Positions 9,523-21,500 of a stretch of DNA of 64,000 nt are shown piece after piece (the first letter of the stretch is position 1; each line of letters opens with the position of its first letter). The position numbers were made by a program, and so were the translations under genes. The stretch covers positions 40,938-104,937 of the forward strand of contig DF236959.1 of assembly GCA_000708835.1 (NCBI GenBank), written 5' to 3'. The DNA comes from Klebsormidium nitens (Eukaryota > Plantae > Klebsormidiophyceae). The notes below the pieces were generated by a model. That model saw only the letters and a program-made list of their open reading frames with translations, did no database searches and was not told the origin of the DNA.

Positions 9523-12500
9523 TTATCCCCCCCCGTACTTCGGGGGCTGCTCGGCGGCCCGTCTCGTCAGCAGCACGGGCAGCCCATAGCGCGGTCTCAG
9601 CGAGATGAGGGACGTCGGCACGTGGCGGTACTTCGGGGAGAGATCCATCGAAAACGCCGAGAGCAGCTTGGCCAGCACGATCTTGGCCTCCGTCAGTGCA
9701 AAGTTCTGCGCGCGCGCGATGTCAAGGGGTTGGTTTCCAGGCAAAATCATGACGTCCCAGGAGAATTTCTCGAGTGCGGCAAGCATGTCGCTCTGTGCTT
9801 CTGGTGCACACGGACTCTTTGCTGTTGGTTTGTTTGGTCTCAGCTGGCCGCCTGAGCGGAAACGATTCAAGACACCAAGCCATTTGCTTCCAAGATTGCC
9901 TATCGGAAGATTGACATGAACGTACGAGAGCGGGCGTGATCGAGAGCCGACTCAACCAATGTAGGGCGACCCATCGCCCAATATTTAATGTGACCCCTTT
10001 AAAGTTCCGAAAACTCACAAAGCCGGATGAATCTTCCAGCGCGTCCAAGTATTAAGGCTCATTGGGCGATCCGCTTGTGGATTTTGCTGACGTCAGGCTA
10101 TGTGCGATAGATTGCCAGACATTGGTTTGCATACTGTTGCAGCTGGTCAGGCTTTGACTTGGCCTTGGTAAGACGGTTTACCTGGCCAATGCAGTATCGA
10201 GGCCCGGTAGAAAAGGGGATGAAGCCCGCCGAATGCTTGACGGCGCCGCTCACTCCGTTGGCAAATCTGCGCGACGGAACCGGATTAAGTTGCAAGAGGA
10301 CCTCGGAGTAAAGTTAGCCTCTCCCCCCCTTTATGGGGGGGAGGGGTCTCCCTAAAAGTTTTTTTTTTAAAAAGCCAAAAAATTGCTCTTTGAATTTTGT
10401 AGGCGGCATCCAGATGCGTTTTTCAAATTTTTCGTAGTTTTTTAACGAGAGGGAACTATCTCAGACGACCAGGAAGTAGATAGAACGGTATTTTTGGTCG
10501 CTTTGCCCAACCTGGTGATGAAAATCTCTGCGGAAAAAGCTGATACAAAACCGCTGCCTTATCGACGCTGGAGAATCGATCCTGCTGGTGACGACCTCGC
10601 AACTCAGACGTCACCGCAATCTGGGCGCCGTTTGCGACTTACTTCTGGATCCGAGCCTGCGCCAGGTCGGATATGCTCACGGCGAAAGTACGTACCAGAT
10701 AAGATAGGTACACTAAGACGGCTCAAAGAAAAGGACATCATGCCGGAAAGTAGTAGGAACGATGGAAAGTAGAGCGATGATAGGCAGTTGTCAGATACAC
10801 AAACACGTTCGTCGAGCAGAAAAGAAGAGACAGATACACTGATTTCGACCGCATGAAACAGGGTAAGATAAAGAGAAGGGATTGGCACAGAATCTGTCTC
10901 GAATTCAGTAAAGAGAAGACAAAAGTTACAGAATCTTCGGAGCGCCAGAGAAAGCTCAAAAACTGGTTAACGTCTCGTCTAAAGTTCACTTTGCACCGCT
11001 TCTTTTGTATTGAAATTACACATTTGCAATACCTAGTAGTGGTAAAAGGGTCGCCGCTGTCCGCTATCCTCTTTCCGCTCACCGTTCCGGCCGGAACTCC
11101 GCAGCGTCGTCGCCCCAGATCGCCTTGTCGACGTGGACAGGGTACACCGTGATGGCGACATTCAGCCCCTTCGGAACAAGGATGTCCCCAATCTGTGAAG
11201 CAACAGAAGATAAGGATCAGCTGCCCAGCTTTCGGAAATGCTTGGAATCGTTTGAAGAGCCCGCTCCGCCGAAGTGCGTCGTTAAACGAGAGCCAGCGTC
11301 AGTCGCAACTTACAACACTGTCCACCTTAGGCCCAAAAAAGAAGAGAAAGATGGATTTTGCAACGCCTTTTGAGCCGCGGGAATCCCATCCGAAGTGGCC
11401 AAGAGAGAACTTGGGCGCCCTGCAAGCGCGTAAGCTCATGAGGATATTGGCATAAAGAGCAACGGTTGTAGTAAAACGGTTGTAGTAACCCATCGCTTCA
11501 AGCTCACCTGCGTGTCTTTGATCGCTTTTCTGACCATCATGGGTACCGGGGGAAAGAGCCGCATGCTCTCTTGCAAGATCCAGTGGAGCATCTTTAGCTT
11601 TGGGAGGGCCTCAGACGGGACGGCGTCGGAGTCACACTTCCCCAACACTTCGAGGACCTTACGACAAGGAGACAGACGACGAAGCAGATTTAGCTTGGGG
11701 AGTCTCCGGCCGGTGAGGAGTTTCGAATATGGAATTCCAAGAATCATGTGTGGGAAGGAAACATAAGAGGCAGTTTGTGCTTTGAAAGCGCTACGACGAC
11801 AACGTATCTCACATTTTGGGGGAAAAAAAGAAACACGCAGGATTCGCTTTGGAGGGGCTCTCACACAGGACTGCATCGGATCCCCTCTTACGAGAAGTTA
11901 CGAGAAGGATCTTGCAAAGGTGAGGAACAAAGGCATAGCTGAGTACCTTCTCAATCAGTTGTGATGGGTATGTGAGAGCGAGCGGCATAATGAATTTCAG
12001 GCATCGCTAATGGACCTGTTTTATTAGCTTCTAAGAGAGACACTCGAGTAATTTGAGAGCTATTGTTTTCCAAAGCGGTTGCTGAAGTCAAGCTAGCCAC
12101 TGTCAAATATCTACTCGCCCTCTTTCAACGCCTCACCTCATCCCGTGCCTTTTTGTAATAGTCGGGATGCGCGAGCAGCAGATAGAGCGTCCACGTCATC
12201 AGGGCGCCGGTCGTGTCGTGGCCCGCTAAGAGGAACGTCATGCACTGGTCCAACTGCAATTACAAAGTTTAAACCTATTATGATCGACTTTATCTTTGTT
12301 TCGTACGTCGCTTGCGTCTCTACAAGACGTCTCTATATGCTTACGTTTTGAACCCGGTCGATTGCTCTAAACCGATCGTGGGCTGGCCGCTGTCACAGCA
12401 ATCGGCAAGTCCTATCATGCAACTTTCTCCGTGCGTCACGTCTACACGGAGAGTAAAACCGGTGCAATCGTAAAACTGGCAGCTCAAAGAAGCCGCGCTT

Positions 12501-15036
12501 TCTCGTGGAACACGTGCGCAGGTGACAGATCGAGATGACCCCCACGATGTTGCTCCGGGCCCTTTTCCTGCTCCAAAATCGACTCCTGACCAGGTAATGC
12601 CCTGTGGTCAATCCAGTTTCGCACGACTAGACTTTGAAGGCACCCGCCCAAACGCACGGCATGCTCTTTGCAGCAAGAAGTACGGGCAAATTTTGGGCCA
12701 GCGAGCTCACGAGCTGGTCGTCCGTCAGCTTGGCCCCGGTCGCTTCGTCCCGGTACGCCAGCATAATGTCCAAAATATTGTCCCGGTTAGCCTTCCCCGG
12801 GCCCTCCGCCTGCTTCGGCTTGATCAGGCGCAGGCCGAGGCGGCGGATGGTGCGCGCCTCGCGGTCGATCTTGCGGTTGAGGGGCGTCGGCAGGCGCCTG
12901 CATACATATTCGGACACAGGCTTCGTTTCGTCCATAGGAAGAAGTCAGTGTTTACCAAGCTTGGTTCGTGATTGGATAAATGCCCTTCGAACAGGGAAAC
13001 GTGGTTCACATATGGATCACTGCCCTCCAACCGATCTTGGTTAATTATGGGCAAAAGCTTCCTGTGCTCAAAGTGTTCGTGGAGAAAAGAACGGAGTAAG
13101 ATTCAGCAACTTACTACCTCACGCTCGAGAAGCCAGTCCTCATATGACGAAGGAAGAAAGCTATAAAATGAGTGAGGTTGGGTTACCTTCCGCCCCAGAA
13201 GCGTGGAAGAGACGAGTCACGGGTTAGGTTTTTGAACTCAACGACGTTCATGAGTAAACTTATGAAAAGGGTACGCGGTGCAGATAGACAAAGCTGCTAG
13301 ACTTGGGCGTTCGCACTTCAAACGTGCCCGCACCAACTCTCTCAGGACGGACCGGCGAAGAGATGTTGCTTGTGCAGAAACGTCATTCCGAGTGGTCAAA
13401 GCTCGCTAATCATGTCTAGAAGAAGCGGCGAATTTTGAAACCCCACAATAACAGTTGGGTCGTGACGCTTGCCTGTAGCCCCCGATGAAGGCCATTCCGC
13501 TGAGCACGCTTTTCACGTTCAGGCCGCAAAAGCGTTCGACGCTGGTGAAAATCTGATCCGCGATCAGCTGCGTTCCTGCGTCACGGATGCCGAACGCCGT
13601 CCGCGCAATGACGCAGAAGCTCAGTTTGGAAAGCTCCTTATACATGTCCACTTCTTGGCTGCCTGTAGCGACGCTTTTCATCCAACGGTCGACGGCGTCG
13701 GATGTGCACGCCGTCATTGTGTGGCTCATGGCCTGCATCGACCGATGGACAGGTTCGCATACCTGGGTTTTATGACACCACTTCCCAATAATGTGATCAT
13801 CTATTTTCCCCCCACAGCTTCTGGTCTGTTCGTGGATTCGGTCTCTTCCAAAGCGGTGGCATGCCGGCTCTTTTAACTACTGTGCATTGTATTATGGGCA
13901 CCTGAGACAACTCAACAGAAATGAGGGAGGGTCGAAAGAGTCAGAAGTTTAGTCTCTTTGGAAAGTTGAAGTCCTAACAAAGTAGAGAGGGTCCTTTTCA
14001 TAATTTTCTGTAAGTTGCGATTTGATTCGACTTTGGACACAGCTAGAGCTCGGAAAGGGCTGCAAACTTTTGCGGCATCTGAAGGCTTTCTGTGACGGAC
14101 TCCGGGCAAAACTGAAACGTCTGAAAATTTTGCGCGTCTAGAATGACTTTCACCAATTTGAGTCATTTTAGCTGCTCGAATTAACGATTATGAGCTGCCT
14201 CACTGCCGTTCAGGGAGGAACCTATGAAATGTATTCAACAGCTCAAAATCGACTTGACCCTTCCTGCAACAAGCTCAGAAGCATCAACCTGGCATGACAG
14301 AAACTGGTATCCTCTCAGCTGGTCAGAGGTCCTCTTGAGAAAAACTTTCGACATGTACCAGTTCTCTTCACTCCTCCAGCACTATGCTGCGCATCTATGT
14401 TCTGACACTCGAGTATAATGCTTAGGCATTCGAGTCTGATTCTTAGGCATCAGAAAGAATGAAATGCACAGCGCTTGAGAACGAGTCTACAAAAACAGAT
14501 TGAAAAGAGAAGGGAGGCCTCACTTTGATCCGCTCGTGGTAGAACGCCGGGTTCAGCATCTTCTTCGACGCCGCCCACCGCACCCCGTCGCTCAGGATCA
14601 GCCCCGTGGGGCCGAGCGGCTCCAGAAAGTCCCGCGACACGTCCGGCGGCTTCGCAAACGCGTGCGCCTTGGACCCTAACACCTCCTTGATCGCGGCCGG
14701 ATCCGCGAGCACCAATCTCACGTCGGGTCCAAGCATCTGGGAGATGCAAACCTTGCCATAAAGCGCAATGTCGTCCTCGGCGATCGCCGCAACGCGGGCG
14801 GCGTACTTGGGATCCGCGGCGCGCCGCCTCACCGACGCGCGCAGCTCCGGGAGTTGCCCGAGGACCGGGCGGAACGGCGGCCCGCGCAGGCCTTGCTTGC
14901 GCAGGAAGGCCCAGTGCTGGTAAGGGACGAGGAGGACTGTGTAGAGAACAGCGGCCGTGATGGAGAGCGTGCAGCAGACGGTGATCGCAAGGATTGTGCT
15001 GCTGAGGATTGGGAGCCAGCTCGCTAGCGGAGCCAT
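9523..15036 (-). CDS. Cytochrome P450, CYP72-clan-like, 8 exons
   Basis: N-terminal TM anchor followed by LRGPPFRPVLG. C-helix region DGVRWAASKKMLNPAFY, I-helix TFLLAGHDTT (about 12200-12240), ExxR (QESMRLFPPVP), EFRPERFANG, heme motif FIPFSTGPRYCIGQNFALTEAK (10183-10269 plus the last exon). Stop at 9523. Confidence 0.95.
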
Positions 15037-16052
15037 GACTGCTTGATGGGACTAACTCAGGAAGATGGTTCAGGCAACCGAGCTTGGTTATCCTCAGCTG
15101 GTTAAGCAGTCTTATACTAAAATAAGCTGGTTGAAGGGAACCTGTTAAGCACGGACGGTTGAGTGTGAAGGTTTGTCAGTGTGACGCCACGCTGCAAGAT
15201 CTGTGAGCTTCCCTGTACAGGTTTAGTGCATCAAAAGTTGAAGCGGATTGGCAGATTGTTACTGTTTTTCAATCTACTAGAGCTGATTCAGAGTGGTGGA
15301 TCTGTCAGTGCCAGCTATATTCAGTATGCCTGCACTGCCTATAACTCTTGAGTAGAGCTGATCAGACGCGCGCAGCGGCCACGGTACGTCGGTCTTACTC
15401 AAAGCCAGGTGTAAAAACTAGCTAAGTTGAAGTAGTCTGAGGCAGCTGGCGAATGTCTCACTGGAGATCTCTTTCTCCAGGTGACTGAAAGCAGCTGAGA
15501 GTAGCCTCCAGTTCGTGCGATCGCTCAGGCGTAATCCCTCAGCTTTGGATCGAATAGCATTGTGCTCTGTTGAATCAGCAGACGTCTTTCAGAGCGCTGC
15601 CGTTGCGAGCTGTTTCAAACCTCAACTTTGAAGGCCCCACGAGCAAACCAAACGTTCCCACAGGTGGATCCAACATGCAGAAAAAGGAGAGAGGAAAACT
15701 TGGTCTGATCAGGCAGAACTTTGTCCACTAAAAAGTGGCGCGGACCAATGCAGCTGCAACGGCTGAGTTACTTTTGCCCTGTAGCTTTTCTGCCAGCCGA
15801 GAGGGAAGACGACAGCTGCCAGCCTTTGCAGATTGAAGATCACATCCGCCTATATGCAGTGTAAGTACACTTCCTGCACACCGGCGCCCGTACCGGTAGC
15901 TTCGGAAATCTCGGATGAAGCACGAGCAACGGCCGCCCAACTGGAATTACAGATCTTGTAGGTACCTACTAGGCTCAGCCATTCCCATTACGGTACTAGT
16001 AGCTGTCCAGTACCGTTGCTGAGGCGAAGCTCCAGTCTGGGGGCATCCTCCT

Positions 16053-16090
16053 GTTTGTCACGGTAAACGAGGTTTGTCACGGTACACGAG
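16053..16090 (+). repeat. 19-bp direct tandem repeat, two copies
   Basis: gtttgtcacggtaaacgag followed by gtttgtcacggtacacgag. Confidence 0.85.
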
Positions 16091-18584
16091 CGCTTATGCT
16101 CGCCGTCAGAACGACGACGAAAAGTTAGTGTCGGGCCCCTCCATCATGCCACGTGTCACTCTATTAGGGTCAGGTGCCATTCCGCGCATTCATTTGACAT
16201 TGACTGCTTAGCCGGTTGTACACGGTGCTCGGTACCGGTCACCATTTGCGTCGCGGAGTATGTATTCTCTTAGAGATACCCACCTCCATAGCAGGCCCAC
16301 TTGGGGGCTAACTAGGGATGGCAGAGTGTCGACACACCAGCGGGGTTAACTGCGCAGGCTGGTGTAGCCCCGCAGTATAGCTCCGGATGGTTGTCTGCGC
16401 AGCGGAAGCTTGATCTAAAGTCACTGTGGTAGGCCCATTCCGGGGCTCACTGTGTTAACATCTACATATGCATGGAACGTCCCATACCGCCCATGGCCTG
16501 CTCCAGCTTAAGGAGTCAGGTGTCATATGCAATGTCCAGGCATCCCTCATGCAAATACAATCAGCAATTGAAAGCACACTTCCCACAAATCCGCTGATGG
16601 CAGCACTTCATGCATCACCTGTTGCGCCGCCTTGCTGAGCCCCGCAGCTCAATAGGTGCTAGTCTGCTCCACTGTATGCACTGTCTTGTAACACAATGGT
16701 AGTAGCTTGGGGTCCTCAGGATTCGTTAACTACTGCTGGGGCGGTGGTGCCACCAGCTTCTGGTGTTGCTAGGGAGAGGCGTTTATCTCCAACAAGCAAA
16801 GTTAGGAATGAATTGCAAAGTCCTGATCAACTTCCAAAGACGCCCATTGCTACAGCCCCGGCTCTGTCTGTAGCAGCCCTACTGGCTCCATGTAGTCTCA
16901 GCCTAGACTTACTCTTCATTATGGCTGCCTGCACTCGGGGTCCCGGAGTTACGTAACTCATTCAAATATGCACGTTGCGCTACATTAGCAAATAGTTGTC
17001 TGCCACGTCGAGCACCAACGGTCGGGACCCCCGGTGTCGTACCTTCGCCGCCACCATACGATGAATCCGCTATTACCCTGCATCGGACGGTGGAGCCGCC
17101 AAGCCCCGCCGAAACCGAGACCCCTTCTGAAACCCCCGTTTGACCTTCCACGGGGTTTCGGGTTTCGCAGCAGCCCCGGAGAGCCGTCCGATCGTGCTGT
17201 ACAGTGCCACGTGTCATGCTAGGGAGCCTGGTGGGGCTCCACTCCGGGCGGGACTACTCAGAGAGCACAAGTACCGTCTTGCCCGGCGCAATGATTGTAC
17301 GGCCGATAATCAGCAATACACAGCATAAGTTGGCGCACTTGTCCACTGGACGTGTGTCCGAGCTTCGTGCACCTGTCATCAATGACGTTAACAATAAGGA
17401 CTCAATGTGGTCAGGAAGTGATGATTATTAGATGCGCCGCTGACCAGCGGGTCACATGTTATACGAGCTCAAATTCAGAAATGGAATCGACATTCCTGAT
17501 AATTCATCGACTAATTCCGGATCTAGCTCGCGACTTTCTGCATGTGATATTTATATTGGAGAATCTTGAAGGCGTCCTGGTATACCGTATACGTAGACTT
17601 ACTCCCTCTGGCTGAACTTGAAGCCCTCAACAGCGGAACACGCGCGCACAAGTAAAGCCGGATCAATGTGGTTGGAAGTTATTCCTTGACCTCGATGCCC
17701 TCATCGGCTAACTTTTACGTATAATTACGTCGTCTAGCGGCTGTTTAAGAACGGGTTTCGCCCCTTAGAAGTGTTCCTGGCATGTCATTGAGCTCAAAAT
17801 CAGTATTTGATTAGATTGCATTCCAATATAAATGCACAGACTCACGTCGAATCAGTGTGTTCATCATACGCTGAGCTGCGGCTGCCTGAACCTTTATCTG
17901 AATCTTTGATGGGCTTAGGGTATGTGGGCATGGGAGCCGCAAGTACCTTGTAGTTATTCTTTTAGCCTTAGTAAACAGAAGATCTATGGGGTCACAATTC
18001 AATTGTGATTCAATGATTGAAAGATGATGCCGAAAACGCGATCACGCGCCTCAGGCAAAATATTGGCGCTCACGTCAGCAACGACCGCATCACGAAGTGC
18101 CCGGGTACTCACGAGTACTTATAAGCGCTTCATAAATATATATAAGCAGCGCACAGCAACTTAAGTCCTGCAGACAAAGGCGTTGGTTTGAGGGCGGTCG
18201 CGTGGACTATAGGGTTTGGAACGACAGCTCCTGCATCTTGCAGGGACCGGCGTCCTTTGCTCGGAAACCCGCCTCAAACCCACCTCGAAACGCCGAAGCT
18301 GATCCGCTCAATTCTCAATGGTGTCGTAGCAAGATACTCCTCTTAGGTCACGGGTTGAGAAGCCTTCTCGAGTGGGACTACACGCCATGCAATGATCTAG
18401 CTAGAGTGTTATATTTCATCTATCTCGTTTTTGGGTTAGTAAGCTGCTCCTACTCATATCTGAATATACACAGATGCGACGGGTCGACGGCAGAAAGGGT
18501 TCGATGCTTGGAAAGGAGAGATGCCTTTTCTTGCGTCTCAACGCTCCAGTCTCTAACATCGTTACCGCCGCTACTTTAATGTTT

Positions 18585-21500
18585 CTACTTCCGTCGTTTG
18601 CCTTTGGAGGGGTCCTTCTTGTCCGGCTTCTTAGGGCTCGCATTCAGCTCCTGGCGGATCTCCTTCATCTGCGCGCAAAGCGTCGACAGTCGGTCAGAAG
18701 TGACCTCAGCAAGGTACAGGGCACGGTGCCGCCTATCCACCAACTTTTCACTGAGTCCTCAAAATGTCCCCGATTACCAATCTTATACACGTGCACGGCA
18801 CGATCCATCATATTGTACCAGATTTGTTGCGCTTCATTGCTTTTTGCAAGGGTATCTGACGTCGGCAGACGGTGACGTGGTGCCTTTGCATAGGTACACT
18901 CTTGGGGGCTCCTTCGGAATTTCGGAAACCGCGAGTCCGTTAGAAGCATCAGTCTATTCTCAATCGCAGCTTCGCAGCAAATTCAGTAGAACTGATTCAT
19001 CACATGAAGCCGTACGAAGGCCACTGGGCTTGGATTTTGTAGAGCAGATTAGTATGGTTGAATCAAGGATTCTACAGATCAAGGGCTTTCCATGTCTTCG
19101 ACGCAGGACCGCTCCCAGATAGCTAGTCGAGACTTCGGTGCAACAGGATTGAAAGGTACTGGCCCGCAAGCGAACAAATCGCAAACGAGGTAAGCGCGTC
19201 GGAAAATCTTATTGCTTTTTAGTGATTTTCAAAGTTTGACGCAACGCAATTCATCATGACATGTTCATCCACGTCAGCAGACCCAAGCCGCACCCGCTGA
19301 AACGACCCGTTGACGTTTGTTCCGCTTTTCGCTAGATAACCTGTCACATACTCTCCCATTCGATCGCTTTTCCAAGTCAGACTGTGGTGCTTCATTTGGT
19401 ATGCAAGTCCACCGCTTACCATTGGTTTCCAGACGCGGGCGCGCGCGTTGACCAGCCAGTTTCCAACCTGAGGAGAGGGCAACAAAGTGTCAATTCGTTA
19501 GGTGGTAGTACGAGCGCAACACTTTGATCGCTGAAATCGAGGGTAGAGGCTCTGCGTTACTACAAACTGATCCGCATCAAGGCTGATTCTCTGAAAGAAT
19601 CAAATACCGTGATTGTAACGTGGCGCTAAGAATTTGCATACGTACGCTCAAGAGGCTGTTTGAGTCCACAGATTTGTCTCTCTTGAGAAAAGGTCTCACT
19701 AAGCAGGGCAGCCTCGAAACTGGCCAGCTTACAAATGGCTTCGGCAAAACCCTGTCACCAGGGCTGACTGCGATCTGAATTCAACAGAGTGTCCGGAGAG
19801 TTGCGTTGCACTCTCTAAGACGACGCAAAAGAGTTCGCATTTGAATTCTCGTTTGAGTGCAATCTTGAAGGGGCCTCCCGTTTTCCGTTAGCTTATTCAC
19901 AAGATGAAGCGAAGACAAAAGCGAACGCATTGAAGAGGGTGTGACCCCAGTCTTTCCCTTATAGCGACATACGGGACGAGCTCTCGCATCAAAAATGAAG
20001 CGCATCGCACCTGCCGCTCTGTGACTTCGAATCTCCTCGCCAACTGGCATCTCTCCTGCTTGTTTGCCTTTCTGCATGCACAAAAGCAGAGCTGTCAGTC
20101 AAATCCGATCCCAAGTGTTATACAGAATGATTCTTCGAGTCGCACTTTTCGTTGCAAAGATGTGCCGAAGGAAGGGAAGCGATTATCCGCGGCATCTTAT
20201 CGCTCGGCGAATCTGTGAGCGTGCTTCGGTCTCAACGCGAAAGCTCGCGAAATCGGAAACCTTTGCTGGACCTACAAAGGTCCCTGGGTCCGAGGTAAAG
20301 ATGCTGACGAAGAGCGAGGAAACAGCGGTCCTCTGCAGGATTCTCTAGAATTTCCCGTTCCTATTACCTTGATGTAACGTATGTATAGGATTAAAGTACA
20401 TCCTCTCTTCTTTTCCAAGTTCTGTTCACTGATTGCTTTATCATGTCAAATAAGAATGAAATACCTTCATCGCAATAATACGTGAAACTCAACGCGTTTT
20501 GCACTCGAGAGTAAGTTCGGAGCCGAGCGTTCAGTCTCAGCGCATTCCGTTTCCGCGGGTGATGTCCGGCTTCCGTTGCTGCTTACGGCGCTTCCACGGC
20601 CCCCCGCTCCAGCCACCGCTCCGCGAACCACGCCATCAGCCCGTCCGCGGCCGCCTGCGGCAGCTCCCCGCGCGCGCCCGAAAACCCCTTTTCCCCTGGC
20701 TTCCTGACACGTGTCGCCTGCATGCGGCCGCCCGCCTTCTTCGGCGCGTCGTCCGATCCGGACGACGACGACGCGCGCATGTCCGAATCGCGCGCGCTGT
20801 CTGAACCTGAGTGCGCGCTCGGCTCGTAATCCGAGTCGCTCGACGCGCGGCCGCGCTTCCGCGTCGCCGCGCGCGCGCTCCTTCTGCCGCTCCCCCCGGG
20901 TACTGTTCGCCGGGCCCCTTTTCCCCCCAACCGAGCGCCCGCTTCCTCTCCCTCTGAGTCATCCGCGCCTAAGCTCAACGGGTTCCGCGTAACCCTCCGG
21001 CTCACCCGTTTCTCTTGCCCCGAAGGCTGCTCCCCATCAATTGGTAACCTGCTCAAGCCTAACAGCGGGTTTGCCCCAGTTGGTTGCTGGGAGCTGCGTA
21101 GCACTCTTCCTGCCGGGTCACGGTGCTGCGTGGAGAGCGGTCCTGAGTCGCGGGGCTCGCGCTTGCCGCGGCCGCGCTCCGCGGCCGGCTCGGGCGGCCG
21201 GGCAACGCCCACCAGAATCTCGAGGGTTTCGCGGAGATGCTTGGCCACGGTGTGCTGGATGACGACGAAGCAGACGCGCAAACCGTCCAACTGCAGGGAG
21301 AGGAAACAAACGCTTTAAGAGGGATGCAATATCAGCTTCGATTGACGTCTATTATCTTGTTAAGGCAACGGTGAGCCGCCGGTTCCGGCTTTTCGGCCAC
21401 TTTCTGGCCCTTGGGACCGTCGAATGACTCAGCGCCGCTTGATGTAAAGTTTTTTGTCCGGGGGAAGCTTCTGAGTATGGTCGAACTTGAGCGATTGAAC

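Noticed and set aside
8868-9608. 246-aa plus-strand ORF between BAHD and CYP, overlapping the CYP 3' end
   Set aside because: AT-rich and Ser/Thr/Leu-rich, with codon usage unlike the real exons, a non-ATG start and no recognisable motif. It looks like the 3' UTRs of the convergent genes.
17100-17170. gaaacc...ggggtttcgggtttc hairpin considered as a tRNA or MITE
   Set aside because: No cloverleaf, T-loop, terminal inverted repeats or target-site duplication. Similar low-complexity motifs recur in other introns.
17418-17500. GTGATGA...CTGA candidate C/D snoRNA (also at about 56241-56292)
   Set aside because: No terminal stem, no recognisable rRNA-complementary guide, and the second candidate is too short.
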